Assembly: GCA_038874655.1 (NCBI GenBank)
Contig: JAVZBY010000007.1
Span: 14,609 to 24,812 of the forward strand
Length of the DNA stretch: 10,204 bases
Origin: Candidatus Woesearchaeota archaeon
Lineage (GTDB): Archaea; Nanobdellota; Nanobdellia; Woesearchaeales; GW2011-AR15
Direction of reading: 5' to 3'
A program made the translations under genes and the position numbers. The number at the start of each line of letters is the position of its first letter. Within the stretch, counting starts at the first letter, position 1. Under the pieces are notes generated by a model that was not told the origin of the DNA, did no database searches, and saw nothing but the letters and a program-made list of their open reading frames with translations. Positions 7,093 through 10,204 of this stretch are shown one piece after another.

Positions 7093-8412
7093 TTATTGAT
7101 TCGGCTCACTAAATACATATTTAATTATTCTTCTTAACATTTCTTTGCTCAATAGATAAACTATTATTATATATATCAATTTTCCAATCATAATTATCAA
7201 AATAATGTTAATGATTGTTGTTGATAAATACTCTTTAAGAAAAAGCATTATCAAAGTGCTAATGCTAACTGCAAAAAAAACATAAAAATAATCCTTTGTT
7301 ATTATGTCTAAATCTAAATTGTTTTTCATAATTAAGATGTTTGTCAATTTTATTAAAAGGCTATAAATGAAAAAGGAAATTATGAAAATTTTTAAACCAA
7401 AAATAGAAGTTAATATTACAAATATGAATAGGATTAATTTCAAAAGGTTTAGGTTTTTAATGGCTTTTGTTTTTTGTTTAGCATATAATATCATGTTTGT
7501 AAAGTCAATATTTAGAAAACCTATTGCTAATATTATATAAGCTTCTAATGTGTATTTTTCATATGATAGGAATTTCAAGAACTCATTTAGAAATGTTAGC
7601 AATATCGCATAATAAGGCATACTAAAAAAATAGATGTATTCATGCAATCTTATGTAATTGAGTTTTAATAATTCTTCTTTATCTTCTGTTGTGCTAAAAT
7701 TATTATAATAACTTATTAAAAATGAGAAAACATTTTTTACAAAATAGGAAATTTCTATCAATATTAGATTAAACGCAAAAAAATCAGCGCCGAATATTAT
7801 GAAAGTAAATATGTAATATAAATACTTTATAGAAGGTAATTTTAGAGTTAAATTTATTTTTCCTTTTTTTGGTTTTATTGAAATTGGTAATGTTTTGTAT
7901 AATTTATATACATAGATAATATAATACATAATGTAAGCATAAAATATTGCTTCTGGTATTTTTTTATAAGCTAAGAATAATCCTAAAATAAATCCAAGTT
8001 GAGAGATTAATCTTGAATAGAATAATCTTTTATAATCTTTTCTTGATTTTAAAAATGATTCAGGCACAATTGAAAAACTTGATAAGAATAAAAGTATAGC
8101 AGTAAATTTGAGTATTTCGCTGTATTCTTCTATAAATATTGATATAATTATTAAAAAGAGGCATAAGATTGTTGATATTATGATTATTGAAAAATTAGCA
8201 TTTGAATAAAATTTTTTTACTTTCTCTAGATTATTTTCATTAAAATTTATTAAGAATAATGACCTATAAAAAAATATCAAGGTTAACCAAAAAAACATGA
8301 TTTTAAAATCATTTGGGATTAAGTAATAAATTATGATTAAAAAGAGTAATTGTAATGATTGAAGTATAATGTTGTATTTTATTGCTTTTAATGTTTCTTT
8401 TATAAACTCCAT
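7093..8412 (-). CDS. Divergent WzxC-like polysaccharide flippase / MOP-family membrane protein
   Basis: About 12-13 TM segments. LSSFSIVPESFLKSRKDYKRLF and the C-terminal IIMIGKLIYIIIVYLL resemble WzxC-type flippases, but many usual motifs are eroded. Confidence 0.55.
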   Translation of the reverse strand: MEFIKETLKAIKYNIILQSLQLLFLIIIYYLIPNDFKIMFFWLTLIFFYRSLFLINFNENNLEKVKKFYSNANFSIIIISTILCLFLIIISIFIEEYSEILKFTAILLFLSSFSIVPESFLKSRKDYKRLFYSRLISQLGFILGLFLAYKKIPEAIFYAYIMYYIIYVYKLYKTLPISIKPKKGKINLTLKLPSIKYLYYIFTFIIFGADFFAFNLILIEISYFVKNVFSFLISYYNNFSTTEDKEELLKLNYIRLHEYIYFFSMPYYAILLTFLNEFLKFLSYEKYTLEAYIILAIGFLNIDFTNMILYAKQKTKAIKNLNLLKLILFIFVILTSIFGLKIFIISFFIYSLLIKLTNILIMKNNLDLDIITKDYFYVFFAVSISTLIMLFLKEYLSTTIINIILIIMIGKLIYIIIVYLLSKEMLRRIIKYVFSEPNQ

Positions 8413-8434
8413 TAAATTTGAATATACCTATTTC

Positions 8435-8450
8435 CTATAAAAAACTTTTG
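8435..8450 (-). promoter_or_regulatory. Putative BRE/TATA promoter of the WzxC-like gene
   Basis: The minus strand reads CAAAAGTTTTTTATAG, ending 22 nt before ATG 8412. Confidence 0.5.
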
Positions 8451-8495
8451 ATATTTGATTGTTATTTGATATAATTTTATATTTTTTAAGGATTT

Positions 8496-8504
8496 AAAGA
8501 AAAA
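8496..8504 (-). terminator. Oligo-T terminator-like tract after the tRNA pair
   Basis: TTTTTCTTT immediately follows the tRNA-Glu discriminator base on the minus strand. Oligo-T tracts are the established archaeal termination signal, but such tracts are common in this genome. Confidence 0.45.
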
Positions 8505-8518
8505 TGCCTCGCACGGGA

Positions 8519-8550
8519 ATTTCATATGCTTTTTCTGTAAAAAAGCTATT
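8519..8550 (-). other. 32-nt non-canonical tRNA intron at position 59/60 (T-loop)
   Basis: TTCA(54-57) pairs with intronic TGAA. The 3' bulge AT|T sits next to G53-C61 and the 5' cut falls after A58-A59. The intron contains the hairpin GCTTTTT-TACAG-AAAAAGC. This is a relaxed BHB (BHL-type) motif. Confidence 0.85.
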
Positions 8551-8571
8551 TTTGAACCCGTGTCTCAGCCT

Positions 8572-8586
8572 TACCCTACAAATGTA
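8572..8586 (-). other. 15-nt canonical tRNA intron at position 37/38
   Basis: Intron TACATTTGTAGGGTA. CTCT(32-35) pairs with AGGG (one G-U), the bulges are CG|T and TA|A, and there is a short outer helix AC/GT. Confidence 0.88.
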
Positions 8587-8629
8587 CGAGAGGGCTGAAT
8601 GATTGGCCGGACTACACTAGCGAGGCATC

Positions 8630-8725
8630 TGGGCCCAGCGAGATTCGAACTCGCGACCCTCCGCTTAAGAGGCGGATGCTCTAATTGCATAACACTTTTG
8701 TGTTTCCATGCTGAGCTATGAGCCC
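8630..8725 (-). tRNA. tRNA-Lys (anticodon CTT) with a D-loop intron (19/20)
   Basis: Minus strand: acceptor GGGCTCA/TGGGCCC+A, D-stem GCTC/GAGC, anticodon arm TCCGC-CT-CTT-AA-GCGGA, T-arm GCGAG-TTCGAAT-CTCGC. Removing 8685-8705 (21 nt) gives a 75-nt tRNA with D-loop AGCATGGTTA. No CCA is encoded. Confidence 0.94.
8685..8705 (-). other. 21-nt non-canonical tRNA intron directly after the conserved D-loop GG (19/20)
   Basis: BHB with central helix GCAT/ATGC, bulges GG|A and AA|T, and a perfect intronic hairpin AACAC-AAAA-GTGTT. Confidence 0.88.
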
Positions 8726-8750
8726 ATCTGAAATTAAAAATTTTCAGAAA

Positions 8751-8765
8751 TTTAAAAAGTTTATT
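8751..8765 (-). promoter_or_regulatory. Putative TATA promoter for the tRNA-Lys/tRNA-Glu transcript
   Basis: The minus strand reads AATAAACTTTTTAAA, ending 25 nt before tRNA-Lys G1. It shares the AAACTTTT(T/A) core of the promoters at 2611 and 6047. Confidence 0.55.
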
Positions 8766-8815
8766 AATAAATATGACAAGAACATAAGTTAATTTTTAAA
8801 TAATTTATTAACCTT

Positions 8816-9109
8816 TTATTTACCCCAACTCCACTTAGGTTTTTCGCCTTTTTTAAAGCAGATAATTATTAGAAGGATAGAGGATAATGTTAAAATAAAA
8901 TAAAAGATAAAACAATCAATAAAGGTTGTATTATTTTTTAATAAAATTCTTTGATTAAATATTAAGGCATTGAGAAAATTTATTAAAATAAATAAAAAGG
9001 TTGTTAGCCATCCTTGCCATGTTATTGGATACCAACCAAAACCATATAATTTTCTTTTAAACCAAATATTATTTTTTTTAGATTTTTTAATTTTTATTTT
9101 AGTTTTCAT
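8816..9109 (-). CDS. Small two-TM hypothetical membrane protein with WFKRKLYGxGWxPxTWQGW and KGEKPKWxWG motifs
   Basis: 97 aa with two hydrophobic segments bracketed by Trp/Gly-rich motifs, which are unlikely by chance in such AT-rich DNA. Confidence 0.8.
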   Translation of the reverse strand: MKTKIKIKKSKKNNIWFKRKLYGFGWYPITWQGWLTTFLFILINFLNALIFNQRILLKNNTTFIDCFIFYFILTLSSILLIIICFKKGEKPKWSWGK

Positions 9110-9199
9110 CTTTCTAGTTTTTTATTAGTTTTTTATATTTATTAATAATTCATTAAGATTTCAAAAATATTAAATACTTATTTATTTAACTAATTGTTT

Positions 9200-10003
9200 A
9201 TGAGATTTTCAGAATTTTTGTATATCTTTTCAAGAGCATTTAATCCTGGAGAATATAAAAATTTAGTTTTAAGAAAAAAAAGAGATACAATAAACTATTT
9301 TTTTTTACTATTGTTTTTTTGTATTTTTCTTGGATTAATTTTGTCAATACCTAAATTAATTAATGTGCCTAATAAGATTCAAAGTTTTTTTTCAAATTTT
9401 GAAATTATTAATGTTTCAATGGATGTAAAGGCAAATGAAAAAATTGTTGTTATGGATTTCCCAAAAATTGTAATGGATTTTACTGGAAATTATAGTTATA
9501 ATGATACAAAGATTACCGATGAATTTATTTTAATTACAAATTCAGATATTTACACAAAAAAATTTAGACCAAGTTTTTCTGGATTTTTTCAAATTGAAAA
9601 TAAATCCTTTGATCAATATAAAAATTTAAAAGATGATTTTTCAAAAATAAAAAACGGAACTTATTGGTTAATATTTTTATTAATGCTTCCATCAGCAATT
9701 TTGTTTATTTATTTGTTTAATTTAATAAAATATGTTTTGATAATATTTTTATTTACTATATTAGGATTTATTTTTATAAAAATAAAAAGAAAAAAACCCT
9801 CACTTATTCATGTTTGGAAGACAGCAGTTTTTTCTTCAACTATAATTATATTTATGGATATAGTTATTTTGCCATTGTTTAAGTTCTCTATATATTTAAG
9901 TTTGTTGTCATTTTTGCTTTATGCTTTATTATTTGTTTTATCTTTAATGATTTTATGTGAAAAAGAAATAACATTAAAGCATAAGGAATTAGATGAAGAT
10001 TAA
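9200..10003 (+). CDS. DUF1189-like membrane protein
   Basis: N-terminal FNPGEYKNLVLRKKRDTINYFFLL, one TM, a soluble insert, then about 3-4 C-terminal TMs, which is the DUF1189-type layout. ATG 9200 is preferred over TTG 9194 because TATTAAAT (9168-9175) lies 24 nt upstream. Confidence 0.6.
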   Translation: MRFSEFLYIFSRAFNPGEYKNLVLRKKRDTINYFFLLLFFCIFLGLILSIPKLINVPNKIQSFFSNFEIINVSMDVKANEKIVVMDFPKIVMDFTGNYSYNDTKITDEFILITNSDIYTKKFRPSFSGFFQIENKSFDQYKNLKDDFSKIKNGTYWLIFLLMLPSAILFIYLFNLIKYVLIIFLFTILGFIFIKIKRKKPSLIHVWKTAVFSSTIIIFMDIVILPLFKFSIYLSLLSFLLYALLFVLSLMILCEKEITLKHKELDED

Positions 10004-10004
10004 T

Positions 10005-10172
10005 ATGAAAAAGAAGAAAAATAATAATACAGAAAAAAATAAGGATAAAATAATTGAAACCTTATATAAAGAATTAGAAAGAAAAGATAAAATAATTGAA
10101 AAACTAAAAGAGGAAAATTATGTCTTAATGAGGACAGCTTTGAAGAGAGAAGAAGAAAGAGTGAAGAAATAA
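10005..10172 (+). CDS. Small 55-aa charged coiled-coil protein (not in the ORF track)
   Basis: The ATG lies 1 nt after the upstream stop. Translation: MKKKKNNNTEKNKDKIIETLYKELERKDKIIEKLKEENYVLMRTALKREEERVKK*. It has heptad-like hydrophobic spacing and purine-rich coding-like composition. Confidence 0.65.
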   Translation: MKKKKNNNTEKNKDKIIETLYKELERKDKIIEKLKEENYVLMRTALKREEERVKK

Positions 10173-10204
10173 TAAAAAAGGAAAAAAATAATAAATTAAA
10201 AAGT

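Larger units (their letters stand above)
8505..8626 (-). tRNA. tRNA-Glu (anticodon CTC) with two introns (37/38 and 59/60)
   Basis: Minus strand: acceptor GCCTCGC/GCGAGGC+A, archaeal Glu D-arm GTGTAGTCCGGCCAATCAT, anticodon stem CAGCC/GGCTG, loop CT-CTC-G|A, T-stem ACGGG/CCCGT. Removing 8572-8586 (15 nt) and 8519-8550 (32 nt) gives a 75-nt cloverleaf with T-loop TTCAAAT. No CCA is encoded. Confidence 0.92.

Noticed and set aside
8505-8725. GC-rich island read as a CRISPR array, a mobile-element att site, or split/permuted tRNA halves
   Set aside because: There are no repeated units with spacers, no integrase and no duplicated tRNA 3' end in the window. Both tRNAs are complete and collinear once the introns are removed.
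392-10003. Poly-A/poly-T tracts in surface genes as phase-variation sites
   Set aside because: Such runs occur throughout this very AT-rich window and all reading frames containing them are intact. There is no support without read-level length variation.
1-10204. Alternative genetic code or stop-codon reassignment
   Set aside because: Recognisable proteins are full length under the standard archaeal/bacterial code, and Trp is encoded by TGG at conserved positions.

Overview
A very AT-rich, gene-dense archaeal window, most consistent with a DPANN-type genome such as Woesearchaeota or Pacearchaeota. That taxon is inferred from intron-containing tRNAs with bulge-helix-bulge (BHB) motifs, TATA-type promoters close to start codons, a split transketolase and no encoded CCA. 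The left part (1-4150) is a cell-surface glycosylation and protein-sorting locus: a 5'-truncated protein, a GT4 glycosyltransferase, a Wzx-type flippase, an exosortase/archaeosortase with a Cys-Arg-His triad, and a convergent VanZ-like gene. It also holds an unannotated start-less reading frame ending in a sortase-substrate-like tail (LGVAGLFVLLRKK*). The middle has the two halves of a split transketolase, a single-domain MazG, an ECF-S-like membrane protein and a second, divergent WzxC-like flippase. At 8505-8725 (minus strand) is a tandem tRNA-Lys(CTT)/tRNA-Glu(CTC) pair carrying three introns: D-loop 19/20, canonical 37/38 and T-loop 59/60. All three have readable BHB or relaxed-BHB (BHL) motifs, and this pair is the most solid unusual feature. 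The right end has a small Trp/Gly-rich membrane protein, a DUF1189-like protein and an unlisted 55-aa coiled-coil ORF. All family calls come from motif recognition by eye; no searches were run.
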